DNA from: Octopus sinensis
Taxonomy: Eukaryota
Direction: 5' to 3'
DNA: 64,000 nt
NCBI RefSeq assembly: GCF_006345805.1
Contig: NC_043006.1
Span: forward strand, 74,586,001-74,650,000
The position numbers were made by a program, and so were the translations under genes. Under the pieces are notes generated by a model. It was not told the origin of the DNA and ran no database searches. It saw nothing but the letters and a program-made list of their open reading frames with translations. Below are positions 15,019 through 27,859 of the stretch, in pieces (within the stretch, counting starts at the first letter, position 1; every line of letters starts with the position of its first letter).

Positions 15019-15588
15019 AGATATATATATATATAATATATATAGATATTGTATATTAATAATGAGTACATATAATTTGCATAATATAAATATATATGCG
15101 TGTGTGTGTAATATATATGTATACACACACACATATATATATACATATATATAATATATATGTATATATATAGCAAGAGAGAAAGAGAGAGAAAAAGAAA
15201 GAGAGAGAATGGGCGTTAAAAACAGAGAACAAAATCTGAAGGCAGCACGCTTTTTTAGGTTATTGTGAACTGAAATTGTACGCACTTATATAGATTATAT
15301 ATATTATACCTGTCACACAGGAAAACAACATTGAGCTTTGAATAATCCTTTTTCGTTTTTACTAACGACGCAAATTTTTCCAGAAGTTCGCATTACTCCT
15401 ACGCATGCACAAATTTATATAAAATAGTAAAGATTCTTATATAAGTCTGTACGTCCGTGTGTGTATGTATGATATATATATATATATATTATTCATTCAA
15501 TATCAACTTACACTCCCTCGATTGCGTTGGATTACAATATGGCTGTAAATATAAGGAATAAAACTCTCTAAATTCTCAATTTGATTTC

Positions 15589-15621
<33 letters not shown>

Positions 15622-15630
15622 ATATATATA

Positions 15631-15800
15631 TAACGGGAAGCTTTATGAAAATAGACAAAAGACGAAGGCAGGTTTACGGAAATAAACAAAAGACGAAGGC
15701 AGGTGAATACAAACAAACAATGGTGTTTAGTATGGCGCTCAGGAAATATAAATAAAACAAGTCTTTAACGTTTCGAGCCTACGCTCTTCAACAGAAGATA
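15631..15800 (-). mobile_element. Short Penelope-terminal-repeat-like element in (TA)n, with hammerhead-like motif
   Basis: Near-identical to 53001-53135 and related to 59170-59365 and 61650-61780. Flanked by (TA)n on both sides. Internal duplication of CAAAAGACGAAGGCAGGT. Confidence 0.7.
15767..15798 (-). ncRNA. Minimal hammerhead-ribozyme-like motif (CUGUUGA core variant)
   Basis: Minus strand: TCTT-CTGTTGA-A-GAGC(GTAG)GCTC-GAAA-CGTT-AAAGA. Confidence 0.45.
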
Positions 15801-15836
15801 TATATATATTATATATATATGTGGTGTGTGTGTGTG

Positions 15837-15865
<29 letters not shown>

Positions 15866-15867
<2 letters not shown>

Positions 15868-16232
15868 CTCTTTTACTCTCTTTTACTTGTTTCAATCATT
15901 TGGCTTTAGTCGACCAAATCTACCCCAGGACTTATTCTTTGTAAGCCTAGTGCTTATTCTATCGATGCTTTTGCCAAAACGCTAAGTTACGGAGACATAA
16001 ACACACCAGCATCGGTTGTCAAGCGATGTTGGGGGGACAAACACGCAAACACACACACATATATACATACGCGACGGGCTTCTTTCAGTTTCCATCTACC
16101 AAATCCACTCACAAGGCTTTGGTCCGCCCGAGGCTATAGTAGAAGACACTTGCCCAAGGTGCCACGAAGTGGGACTGAACCCGGAACCATGTGGTTGGTA
16201 AGCAAGCTACTTACAACACAGACACTCATGCA

Positions 16233-16235
<3 letters not shown>
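15866..16235 (-). mobile_element. SINE family A, near full length
   Basis: 3' (ACTCTTTT)n tail on the plus strand, body, internal microsatellite and head all present. Confidence 0.9.
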
Positions 16236-16274
<39 letters not shown>

Positions 16275-16297
16275 AACACACACACATACACTGTGGC

Positions 16298-16616
16298 ACT
16301 CCTTCGGTTACGACGACGACGGTTCCAGTTGATCCGATCAACCGAACAGCCTGCTTGTGTAACTAACATGCAAGTGGTTGAGCATTCCACAGACACGTGT
16401 ACCATTAAGGTAGTTCTCGAGGAGATTCTGTGTGATGCAGAATATGATAAGGCCGTCTTTTTAAATGACAGGTAAAACTCATTTTTGCCAACTGAATGAA
16501 CTGGAGCAACGTGGAATAAAGTGTCTTACTCCAGGACACACGTACCTCCAAGAATCGAACTCACAACCTTGCGTTGGTGAACCGATTACCCTAACTAGTA
16601 AGCCATGCGCCTTCAC
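16298..16616 (-). mobile_element. SINE family C
   Basis: Reverse complement matches 34277-34604 along its length. Confidence 0.85.
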
Positions 16617-17196
16617 AGTTATTTATTGAATATTATCTGAGTAATAAACTCATAACATGCATTTCAAAGCTCCTATACAATTATCGGCTACTATATGCGA
16701 GCCTACAGTATACAGTTATTTCTTCTACTAGAAATACATGTGGAAGTTCGTTAGTCTACAGAATTTATATAAAAGTTTATAAAGGAAGATGAAATAAGCA
16801 GGATTTAATTACGAAATATAATTGTTTCTGCGTAGTGGTAACATCTGTTGGATGCTGAGTTTTTCGTGTCATAATATTATATGAATCCTTTTATAAATAA
16901 TTACATGAAAATATATGATCCAGCTACAGGTGTTTACCTGCACGTTCTCAGGTGGGTTGCTTTCTAATTATTTATTAAACAATTTCTGTGTTTTGCAATT
17001 AAAGCCTATAGCATCTTCTTGCTGTATCGATATATATATATATGTATATGTATATTTATATATACAAATATATATATGTGTGATGTGCATGTGTGTATAC
17101 ATATACATCTAGCTAGCTCTCCCCTATGTGTGTATATATGTGTGTATATGTATGTCTATATATATATATATATATATATACATACATACATATATA

Positions 17197-17232
<36 letters not shown>

Positions 17233-17258
17233 TGTATACATGTATGTTTACATGTATG

Positions 17259-17289
<31 letters not shown>

Positions 17290-17419
17290 TCTTCATATTT
17301 GGGTCTTTAACTTGTTTCATCCGTGAAACTGCCGCCATGTTGAGTACCGCCTTAAAGGGTTGAATGGAACAAGTTGACATTCGTCCTTAACTTGGTAAGC
17401 CTGGCATTTAATATATCGG

Positions 17420-17453
<34 letters not shown>

Positions 17454-17636
17454 ACACAAACGATGTATTTCTTTCAGTTTCCATCAACTAAATACACTCT
17501 CATTGCTTGGCCTGGGGCTATAGTGGGACCGTATTCAGAACCATTTGGTTAGGAAACAAACCTTCTATCACGCAGCCACACCTCTCCCGTCACATTGAGA
17601 GTCTGTAATTAATTCTACATGGAAATGTAAGGCCTG

Positions 17637-18031
17637 GCATTACCTTCACTCGACCGACGGAGGATGTTGGGAGATGTCATCTTGGCTTTCAACATCTTCA
17701 ACGGGGATGTAAACCTACCATTTGCGGAGTTTTTCATCACTGCGCTTGATAGAGGTTTTCTTGAACATGATTGCAAACTCTATCCTCGACACTTTGGACT
17801 TCAACAGACGGAAGGCTGCATTCTCCGTCTGTATCACACCCCGTGGAACAAGCTACCACAAGATGTCATTCAACTGCCCACCACTTCCCTGTTCAAAGAG
17901 GCATTGGACAACTATGGCGACTAGTATAAAACTGTATATAACAATAACTGGGTTTTTTTTGGTTTTTTTACATGGCTTAAGCACATTGTACTCTTCTCCT
18001 ACCAATAAATTTGATTTGATTTGATTTGATT
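17637..18031 (+). mobile_element. CR1-type LINE 3' end, 5'-truncated and frameshifted
   Basis: Conceptual translation LPSLDRRRMLGDVILAFNIFNGDVNL...CKLYPRHF/DFNRRKAAFS/PWNKLPQDVIQLPTTSLFKEALDNY* matches the CR1 ORF2 C-terminal pattern (SLxxRRxxGD...RKxxFS..WNxLP...FKxxLD). Followed by AATAAA and a (TTTGA)n tail at 18008-18031. Confidence 0.85.
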
Positions 18032-19107
18032 AATTCACTAGACCACTTTGCCACAAAATTCCATGTCGTGCGCGCATGCTTTCTTCAAGAAAAGTGGATT
18101 GGCTAGATCGTTATAGCGTCGGGCCAAATGATTTACCGTATTTCTTCCGGTCTTTTGCGGTCAGTTCTAATTCCGTCGATGTTTACTTTATCTTTATGAG
18201 TCGATAAAAATATGGAGGTCAAACTAATCGACTTAGTAATGGAGGTCAAACTAATCGACTTACCACTCCACAAAATTTCTGGCCTTGTGCTCGAAGCGGA
18301 AATGCATATTATATACAGATTGGTGAGCTGATGACTTGCCAGAATCGTCTGAGGCTCGGGAAAAAATTATGCTCAATTTCTTTCGGCTTTTCACTCTCTG
18401 AATTCAAATGATGCCAAGGTCAACGTGGCCTTTTCAGCCTTCCGAGATTTACGAAATACGGTAACAATCAAGTATGGGTCTTATAATCGGCCATAAATCT
18501 CCAGGCGTTGTGCCCATGCTGGAAATTATTTTTATATGGGGGGGGGGGCAGTTACTGGTATAATCTCTAGAGCAATTGCAGATAAAATGTTCCACAGTAT
18601 TTAAAATTGCTCCTCTTTATGTTCAGAGTCATTTGACCTTGTTGATTTTGCCGCTCATATTTAGTGGATCGATAAAATAAATTACCAGTCCAGTATCGAA
18701 GGTCGATTTTATGAATCGGAAAAAGAACCTCACCACCACAACCTCTACCACAACTATACTTTCCATAAATAAGCATATCATTGAGCCCGAGCTGAAAGTA
18801 ATTATAGTACAAAGTAGAGCTGTGGAAATTCCACGATGTATAGGTGCTTCTTATCTCTATTTTGATTTATAAAATTAGAGATATACATGTTATTGTTTCA
18901 TTATGTTAAAGATTTCGATTATGCCTTCCATTTTCTTCCATAGCTAAGGCACGCAAATAGCATAAGTTCCGAATCTGTTTTATGGTAAATATTTAAAATT
19001 AGCTATTTTCCCTTCCACATTTAATCTCGAGTAAATTTGTTTTGGTATGTTATAATAACGAAATGCCTGACAATTCTTGGATGTCAATGTAATTAACTAA
19101 CAGTATA

Positions 19108-19517
19108 GGTGTAGGAGTGGCTGTGTGGTATGTAGCTTGCTTACCAACCACGTGGTTCTGGGTTCGGCCACGCAGCGTGGCACCTTTGGCAAGTGTCTTC
19201 TTCTATAGCCTCAGGCCGACCAAAGCCTTGTGAGTGGATTTGGTAGACGGAAACTGAAAGAAGCTCGTTGTATATATGTATATATATATATGTGTGTGTG
19301 TGCGCGCGTATATATTTGTGTGCCTGTGGTTGTCTCCCCAACATCGCTTGACAACCGATGCTGGTGTGTTTACGTCCCTGTAACTTAGCGGTTCAGCAAA
19401 AGAGACCAATAGAATAAGTACTAGGCAATAGAATAAGTACTAGGCTTCCAAAGAATAAGTCCTGGTGCTCCAGCATGGCTGCAGTCAAATGACTGAAACA
19501 AATAAAAGAATAAAAGA
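19108..19517 (+). mobile_element. SINE family A, with internal deletion near the 3' end
   Basis: Head GTAGGAGTGGCTGTGTGG, body, internal microsatellite and (AATAAAAG)n tail; tandem duplication of AATAGAATAAGTACTAGGC. Confidence 0.9.
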
Positions 19518-19834
19518 AAATTACTCTATAGGAATTAACAGTCTCAGAACAAAATTCCTCTCCTTATGCCTATATCAGAAACTATTTTTCTATGAACAGG
19601 AGTGACTCGGCAGAACCGTTAAGAAAGGTGTAGAAAATAATTCTCAATATTTCCATCAGATCTTTGAATTCTGCTTTCAAATACTGCCGCGGTCAACTTT
19701 GCCTCTTTATACTTTGGAAATCAAAGACCTAATCAATATTTTTATTATGCCATTTATTTCAATCTTCCGTTAAAGCTTTTAAAAGCGTAACTCTCAAACA
19801 TAGTGACACACTGACATGGACGTTTTTGTTAGGA

Positions 19835-20190
19835 AGTTCGCACTCCAGTCACGTAGTTTTGGGTTCATTCACAATGCGCGGTACCCTGGTCAAATATTTT
19901 CATGATAAAATCCCGTGTCAAAGAATGCTTTGTTAGTGAATTTGGTAGAAGGAAACTGTGAGAAGTTCGCCGTATATATGTGTGTATGTGTGTATGTGTG
20001 TTTGTTTGTTTCTCCTCTGCTTGACACTCGGTGTTGGTTTGTTTACATCTCTGTAAGTTATCGATTCGCGAATAGGAATCGATAGACTTACTATCAAATG
20101 TAATATAATTTTTGAGGTCAATTTGTTCGACGAACCCTACGAGGTGGTGCTCTAGTATGGCCACAGTCCTATGACTAAAACAAGTAACAA
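19835..20190 (+). mobile_element. SINE family A, old diverged copy
   Basis: Degenerate matches to TTTGGTAGA.GGAAACTG and GGTGCTCTAGTATGGCCACAGTC in the expected order. Confidence 0.65.
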
Positions 20191-21289
20191 ACTAAAATAT
20201 AATATGGCGGATAACTGAAAAAAGTTTGTTTATTTTTCAAACATTATTAATTCATAAGAATAAGATGGATATTTCATTTTATGCAAAATTTAAAAGGTCG
20301 AATTATGGTTTTCTTTTCTTACTACATACATCTTTTATAGTTCCATTGTCAATTATTGAAAGAAAGAAAAAAAACACTGACTCAGCGCGTATAATACTTG
20401 TATATTTAACGTTGACTCCATGAGAAAAAGAGAATTATTTTGTTTTCTACAGAGACAAACCGGTTACTTTTAGGTCTAAAAATACAATCAAATATATATT
20501 ATGTAGCTGAGGACTTTAGTTTTTACTTCTTGTTTTTTTTCTTTTTTGGGTGGTTTTTGGTAGAGGTGGGTGGTTTTTTTTCAATGTTCAATTATATGGC
20601 ACCAAGAATTAAAGAGCTAACAGTCATTATTTCCAATTTCTATGCAAGAACTCAAATTCATTTTGTTGTTTTAGTTAAAAGCATTACAAGACTCTCTGGC
20701 CCCCATTTCTTTTTCATACACGTTCTGTATACCTGCATACATACATGCATACATACATACATACATACATACATACATACATACATACATACATACGTAC
20801 ATACATGTACAGATATACATACATGTATATATATATATATATAACATATACCTTACATAGCTATATGCATGTATATTGTATTATGATATATCTGTCGATT
20901 TGCAAATGTATATATACGAGTATATATGTGTATGAATTTGTCAGTATTTCAATATAACAAAATCAAGTATTATAAACAGCTAAAACAAATTAAGTGCAAT
21001 ATTTACGAAGCAAGTTTAGTTGAATTTAACATCAGACATACCATCAGATCAGACATTATAATTGAAAAGATTGAAATAGTTGATGAGAATTCCTTCTAGA
21101 TCAAATTTTGCAAATACTGTTAATACCTATAGAGTACATGTATACGATCAATATATGTGTACAAGTATGTGTGTGAGCGTGCCCTGGCATGTCTGCATGC
21201 GCATATACGTAAAGAAACGAAGATTGTTACATAGATATGGAGAAAGATATGCAGACATATCAAGTTGAATACATTAATATATGTTTCTT

Positions 21290-21333
<44 letters not shown>

Positions 21334-21489
21334 ATATATATATATATATATAAATAGATTTGTCTGTCATGAATGACAGACAAGGGGTACGATGAAATTT
21401 TATTTAATAAGAAAGTTCTAATATCCTGACAAATTGCTTCGTAACTCAAAAACAATTTATATTTTTATATTTAATAGTAAATTACTTCA

Positions 21490-21990
21490 TTTCTATATTT
21501 GAGAGATGAAGAATTATATACATTATTTACATTTGACGGATATTTGTCGTCTTGTTGACTGTTAACACAACGTTTCGTCTGATATACCCTTCAGCATTCA
21601 TCGGGTGTCTTGGGGCAATTTCGAACCTGGTTTCTCATTCCTAAGGTATTTTTCGATGTTATTATTATTATTTTTATTCAGATCACTGGCTGGAATCGAA
21701 CTCGGGATTAGTAGCCCGCGCTCTTAACCACTACGCCATATGCCCGTGGGCAATTTTGGAGTGAATTTTTAGGGCTTATAAATCTAATATTTTTCTTTCC
21801 TTCCTTAATACCGGCTCCCATATGCTATTCATATCTGCACCCGATCTGCTTAGGAGGTTGTTGTGTGCTAGCATATGTGCTGCTTCTTTAATTTTCGTAT
21901 TTTCCAGTGGTGTTCTCTGTCCCACAGGGGGAAGTGGTCTCCATTTTACCATACATAATTAGCTATACCCCATTTATCAATGTAATGTAA
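21490..21990 (-). mobile_element. Penelope-like element 3' remnant (endonuclease C-terminus plus terminal repeat)
   Basis: 21921-21776 on the minus strand reads DREHHWKIRK/(I)KEAAHMLAHNNLLSRSGADMNSIWEPVLRKERKILDL* with one frameshift. This fits the PLE GIY-YIG domain tail pattern (W..RKIKEA...N...G..(L/M)..IW.P.L). Followed by a tRNA-like segment and a hammerhead-like motif; (TA)n lies immediately 5'. Confidence 0.7.
21564..21609 (-). ncRNA. Degenerate minimal hammerhead-like motif
   Basis: Minus strand: GACAC-CCGATGA-A-TGCTGA(AGGGTATA)TCAGAC-GAAA-CGTT-GTGTT. Stem I GACAC/GTGTT pairs; core has U4C and the base of stem II is mismatched. Confidence 0.4.
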
Positions 21991-22013
21991 ATAAATTAAT
22001 TGTTTATATACTA

Positions 22014-22083
<70 letters not shown>

Positions 22084-22489
22084 TATATAATATATTATAT
22101 AGGCTCTGGCGAAAGTAACACTAATTCTTTAGGTCGGTCAACTTTTCTCAACTGATCAATAGACAATTGAATAAAACTATCGGTAACGAACCTATAACCA
22201 CTACCGGAAACTGCGGCATGCCAAATTTATTCTATTAAATGAAATATAATGCATTGACAATTATTTCTTCCTTATCTTAAAATTAATATAAGCATCAGCT
22301 TGGAATGTTTCACCAACAATGAGAATTACATATGCTGTTAAATGTGATCAGGGTTTTAGGAAACACCTACATTACCAGGAATAAGAACAAAACCGCTCGA
22401 ATGCCATAAGAAAGGCACATGAATGAAAAGATATACAATAACAGGGACCATAATCGTCCGAATAGTGCCGATCGAGAATTCTCAATACT

Positions 22490-24450
22490 GCAATTGAAGA
22501 TCCTAGCATGCAACCACTTGTTTTCTGTAGTAGAAACGATATTGGATTCAGTGCCAAAATGAAAAGAAGTACAGAAAGACTATCTCCCTGGAACACTCCC
22601 TTTGTAATGCCTATACTATTAGAAACAGTTATTGTTCTCAGTTGTAAGGGTAAGAATAGTTGTCCATGTCTTTGAGTCTCTCTCTAAAGCAGCAATTAAG
22701 GTAGTAGGTACTTTTGCCAAATATAGGAACTTCAACAACCATAAATGAGGGATAGAGTCGAATACTTTCTTATAATCAAGCCATACTGTCACAATGTTTC
22801 TGCGTTGTTTTCTTACTTCAGACAGTAAAGCTTATTAAAATTCTTTCGGCACATCCCCCACACTCCCTTCTTTCCAGTCATCAGTCACAATGTCGTTTGA
22901 CTCACAATGGTCCTGGAGGAATTGGCTGTGGCAACTTGCGTACAGTTTGTACATAATGTTTAGGCAAGCAATGGACCTGTAGTTTCCTGCTATCTCGGTG
23001 ATTTCATTTTTGGCAACTAGATTTGCCCTTGCTGTAGCAAGCCAATTTGGTATATCAATCTGACTTTCCATAGTCCATTTAAACATACACTTCAATTGGT
23101 TTCTATAAAATGTCGGCTTCTTGTACAAATATCCAACTTTTAGGACCCTTCCAGGTGCTTCCCCATCTGCAGTTTGCCTACTGCTATAGCGAAGGTTTCT
23201 ACATCAATATTGTATGATTTACTGTTAGTGTTGGTACAGTATTCTCTCTCAACTGTATTTAACCATGATGCGTTCAGGTTAAAATCCCTCTTTTCGTTTC
23301 AAATTTTTGACCAGAATGATCTTCTTGGGAGGGAGCTTTCTTAATGGTAATATATTCCTGCCTCATCTCTCTGTATAATACTTGTGGGTTGGAAGCAAAC
23401 TTGCGATTGAGACTGGCTCGCTCAAAAATTCGCATTCGATAGCAGAATTTCTTGCTCATCGTCCTGGGTTCATGTTTTAAATTGATTAGCTTTCCCTCAA
23501 GTGCTCGATGTGAAGAGTTGCTATAAAGTTTCGTTAATTTTTGTCTAAGGTAAAGTTAGTGAGGGGGTAACTCATTTTTCTCCTTACATTTTACTGTTGT
23601 AGTTAAGCATCCAATATGGCGGCGCTCGTTGTTGACGTCTTCTTCAAGTTTTGTTTTCCATCTAGGTTGTTTCCGTTTAGTAATTTCGTTGTTTTGTTCG
23701 CTGTAGATTTCTCTTAGGTGTTCTCTAAGAATAATAGCAGCTGTGTATATGACTATTAATATTCCAGTAATTAGCTTCACAGGATTCCGTGTGCTCTCCA
23801 GCAACATTGTTGATAAACTTAAACATGAGATTGCGTCGTATTTTTTCTTACTCGTGTTGGGAATAGTCTTTTGTTCAACGAAAGCTTCGAGAAAATAGCA
23901 AGATTTTTTGCGAATTGTAATTTTAAGACGTATTTGTGATGGATGTATTCCGCAGTCTTCGCTACTGAGTCAGCTAAATTTGGAGACACGCTCAAATTTA
24001 GCGATGGCGGAAGCGGTGGTCTGTTTACATTATTGTTTACGCCGCTACAGGCAGATTTTGATCCAGTTTCAGTGTTTGGGAGGATCGAGGATCAGTTGAT
24101 TTGTTTTTTTACAAAAGATGCTTGTTGTCAGAGCTGTTTCGTCGTGAAGTATTTAAGTTGGGATAAGCTTTGTCCCAGTATTGTTTTAACCACTTCATGT
24201 ATCCGATTGAAGGGGTCATCTTGGGCTTTTTCATAGCACCGAAGTAAATCTTGGTTTAGTTGTTGAGTCCAAGTAAAATGAAAAGAGTCCTTATGTCTTT
24301 CTTAATTAACTTACTGGTGAAATAATTCTGTTTTCATCAGTGGTGACGTTGTTAGTTTCATCTATGGTGGTGTTAGTTTCAGCCATAATCGTGTTAACGA
24401 GATAACACGTGCTCTAGATTTATATTTTAAAATCTGTTCAGGATAGCGCT
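22490..24450 (-). pseudogene. R4/Dong-clade non-LTR retrotransposon, 5' half of ORF (N-terminus to mid-RT), many stops and frameshifts
   Basis: Fragments in order: WTQQLNQDLLRCYEKAQ; FASNPQVLYREM; IPNWLATARANLVAK...NYRSIACLNIMYKLY; RRNIVTVWLDYKKVFDSIPHLWLLKFL; GVFQGDSLSVLLFILALNPISFLL. These are characteristic of R2-superfamily (R4/Dong) RT. Ends before the catalytic (Y/F)xDD motif. Confidence 0.88.
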
Positions 24451-24908
24451 ACGATGGTGAGTAAAAGGTGTTTCTCTTATTAATTACACTGTACAACAAA
24501 AATGAACATTATTTCGACTACAGAGATAAGAATAACGTTTTCTATGTTAGTTTTATGAGTAGGTCACGAAAATGGCAACCGTTTCTCACAGATTGACTGT
24601 AGTTTATGGTAATTGGTAATTCGGCTTTATAATAATTATTGGAGAAATTAACCAGTTACCGATTTAGGCTGGAGATATCAACAGATTTTTTGAGGAAGGC
24701 GTTCAACACGGCCTTTTTATCGGTCTTCTACACCTGCACGACCGTTGTAGACGGCACCATTCTGTATGTATGTATGTATGTATGTATGTATGCAATTATA
24801 CGGCGGTGCTCCACCATGGCCGCAGTCAAATGACTGAAACAAGTAAAAGAATATGTGTGTGTGTGTGTGTGTGTGTGTTTATTCGAAGACGAGATTTTAC
24901 TCTTTCTA

Positions 24909-25475
24909 TTGGGTTACCCAGGAAGTTCGTGCCGATTTTTAAAGGAAAGGAAAAAGGTCGATAAATACTTGGCATTACATTTTTAATCAACCATATATGA
25001 ACCATATTGTTGCACAATGCGTCTCCATCTTTCCTTTAACTTGAAAATGCCCTCTTCCCAGAATTGATGTGGTTTCATGGCAAAGAATTCATCAAGGTCT
25101 CTTTTTACGTCATCAAAGGAACTGGAATTTTTACCATTAAGACTATTCTGCAGAGATTTGAATAAGTGAAAATCCGAAGGAGCAATATCTGGTGAATATG
25201 GAGGCTGGAGTAATACATCCCAGCCGAGCTGCAGCAATTTTTGTCTGGTTCCCAAAGCATCAAGTGCCGAAAATGAACTTTCTTATCTTCCATTTTAAAG
25301 GTTTACAGGATTAACACAGGTTATAGGAACATAAACCTTCTTCCGCGAAAAGATAGCTTAAACTGTGCTGCAAATGGAGGTGTAGTCAAATCCTATTTTA
25401 TGGACTCAACCATGTTCTAAAATAAGTCGAAAAGTAAGCTACTATAAATCGGCACGAACTTTCCGGACAACCCAA
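24909..25475 (-). mobile_element. Internally deleted mariner transposon (567 bp), TA TSD
   Basis: TIRs TTGGGTTACCCAGGAAGTTCGTGCCGATTT and its near-inverse ending at 25475; TA at 24907-24908 and 25476-25477. N-terminal MEDKKVHFRHLMLWE is joined out of frame to C-terminal GTRQKLLQLGWDVLLQPPYSPDIAPSDFHLF...GSYMVD* (mariner YSPDLAPSD motif). Confidence 0.95.
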
Positions 25476-25724
25476 TACTTTGGAGTTCTTGCCAGCATTC
25501 TTCACAACGAACAGATTTTATTGTTGACGTTAGTATCGCATTAAAGCGCTTTTATTACGCTGTAACACTGTTATATTTCTGAAACACAAGTTTATTGCTT
25601 GACTACCTTTGTTATGATTCATCATTCTACTTGTACCACTTACAGCACTGTAGCCATTCTAGAGAATTGTCCTGAAGTGTCTAATGGAACAAACTGACCC
25701 CCAACACTTATTTTTAGATTCGGA

Positions 25725-25816
25725 CTCATTTTCTCGCTTTCTATTGCCGAACCGTTATGCTACGGGGATGTAACAAACTAACACTGGCTGGGAGATAAAC
25801 ATAAATACATAGATTC

Positions 25817-25861
<45 letters not shown>

Positions 25862-25976
25862 TATATGCATATACATAGAGCTTCCACGGGTTTTGCGATC
25901 ACGAAATTCTCTCTCAAGGCTTGCTCGATCCAGTGATGTGGTAGGGAAGCAAGCTTTTTGCCACACAGCCGCGCCT
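25725..25976 (-). mobile_element. SINE family A, diverged, with a young-looking 5' tip
   Basis: Degenerate body at 25725-25930; head tip 25934-25976 nearly identical to that of the 27469-27859 copy. Confidence 0.6.
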
Positions 25977-27468
25977 GATGTTAAATTAAAAACAGAACAC
26001 AAAGGATATCACGGTACACGTGTTTCAAGCTTTATATACAATCCGTTATTACATCGGTGTATTATTGATATAAAAGATGGTTTAACACTTACTCTAGACA
26101 TCGTACAGTGAAACTGAAACTGAAAACACATGTGTACGTGATCTTCTTAACCAAAGATCCAGTCAGGCGCGATATTGATTAAGTTAGCAAAACCTGTGGT
26201 CTTTTTAAAAGCGTATTTTCCACATGAAAATGCAACGATTCGACAAAATTCTTAGTGTTGATGCTGACGGAAGATAATGGTAAAATTCCCTTTCTTTACC
26301 AGGTTCAATTTTTTTTTCCATACGTAGAGCTTGAATTGTAACTTGCTACGATTTTGAAATTATTGAGGGTGACCTCTTGGTTTCACTTGGCGCTTAATGC
26401 GGAATGTAGCTTGGCCGTGGGGGAGTTTTCCAGTTCGTTTCCTTATCATTAGGTTTTCTTTTATATAAGCTAACCGCAGTTTACATTTAACAGTGTCAGC
26501 ACAGAGTCGGCAGGTGCACACACACACACACACAGGATAGATATGCATCGTATTTCTACATTCATTTCGTTTGCACATACATAAAACATATGTCAGTTTT
26601 CCTCTCGTCTTATAGATACACTAACATGCATAGAGACACGTGTATATATATATATATATATATACACGCATGTGCTAGATCAGTACCCATACACATACGC
26701 ATGCTCACATATACAACGCCATTCTTTAACAACTACTCTGTGTGGTTTCAGCTAACGATTCTAGTTTCCTTTCCACAAAGATACATTGTCGATCGAACAG
26801 GAAAGCATCTGTTGTTAAATATAACTTGTTTCAGGGTATTCCCATTCCTTCAGAATATCAACTCTACAGTGATAACCTCGTCTCTGTTCGTTTATTTACG
26901 CAACTCTATATTTAATTCGGTCATAGTACATGTCTTCCTCATAGAAATTGTTTGCGTGTCAATAAATGTTATATGACCGCTAAACATTGCGTGTAGTTCT
27001 TTCATGAAGCTAACCTTTAAACATTCATGAGTTTTTACACAGGTTTTTTGGCGTTACTTACACATCCATACACACATACAAACACACACGTACACAATAG
27101 CTAGATACATATGAACATGAATATATAGACACACATTCCTACACACACATATATGTGTGTTTATTTGCTATATATATGCGCGTGTATATGTGTGTGTGTG
27201 CGTGTGCGTATGTGTATGTCTGTATGTGTCTGCGTATGTGTGTATGTGTACAATCTTCTTTTTATGCTGTAATAAAAGCAATTTTGCATGAAACTGAAGG
27301 ATTACTCAATACATTTTGGTAGAGTATACATTTATTCTTAAAAAAAGAATAATATGGACAGTGACTTCGAAGTTATGGACAGCTACGCCATCAGTCTCAT
27401 GATGGTTGAAGTTGGGCGAAATTTCGAAGTCACTGAACAAATGCTATTTTCGCTAAAGAATGATATAT

Positions 27469-27657
27469 ATTCTTTTATTCTTTTATTTGTTTTAGTCATT
27501 ATGACTGCGGTCATGCTGGAGCACCGCGTTTAGTCGACTTATTCTTTGTAAGCCTAGAACTTAATTTATAGGGCTATTTTGCCGAACCTATTAATTACGG
27601 AGATGTAAACACACTAACATCGGTTGTCAAGCGACGTGAGGGGGCAAAACCAGGCAC

Positions 27658-27708
<51 letters not shown>

Positions 27709-27859
27709 ATATATTTTAATTTCCGTCTACCAAATCCACTCAGAAGGCTTTGGTCGGCCAGGGGCTATAACAGAAGGCACCCGCCAAGGTGTCACGCAGC
27801 GGCACTCAACCCAGATTGATGTGGTTGGGAAGCAAGCTTTTTGCCACACAGCCGCGCCT
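27469..27859 (-). mobile_element. SINE family A
   Basis: Tail, body, internal (TA)n and head in reverse complement. Confidence 0.88.
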
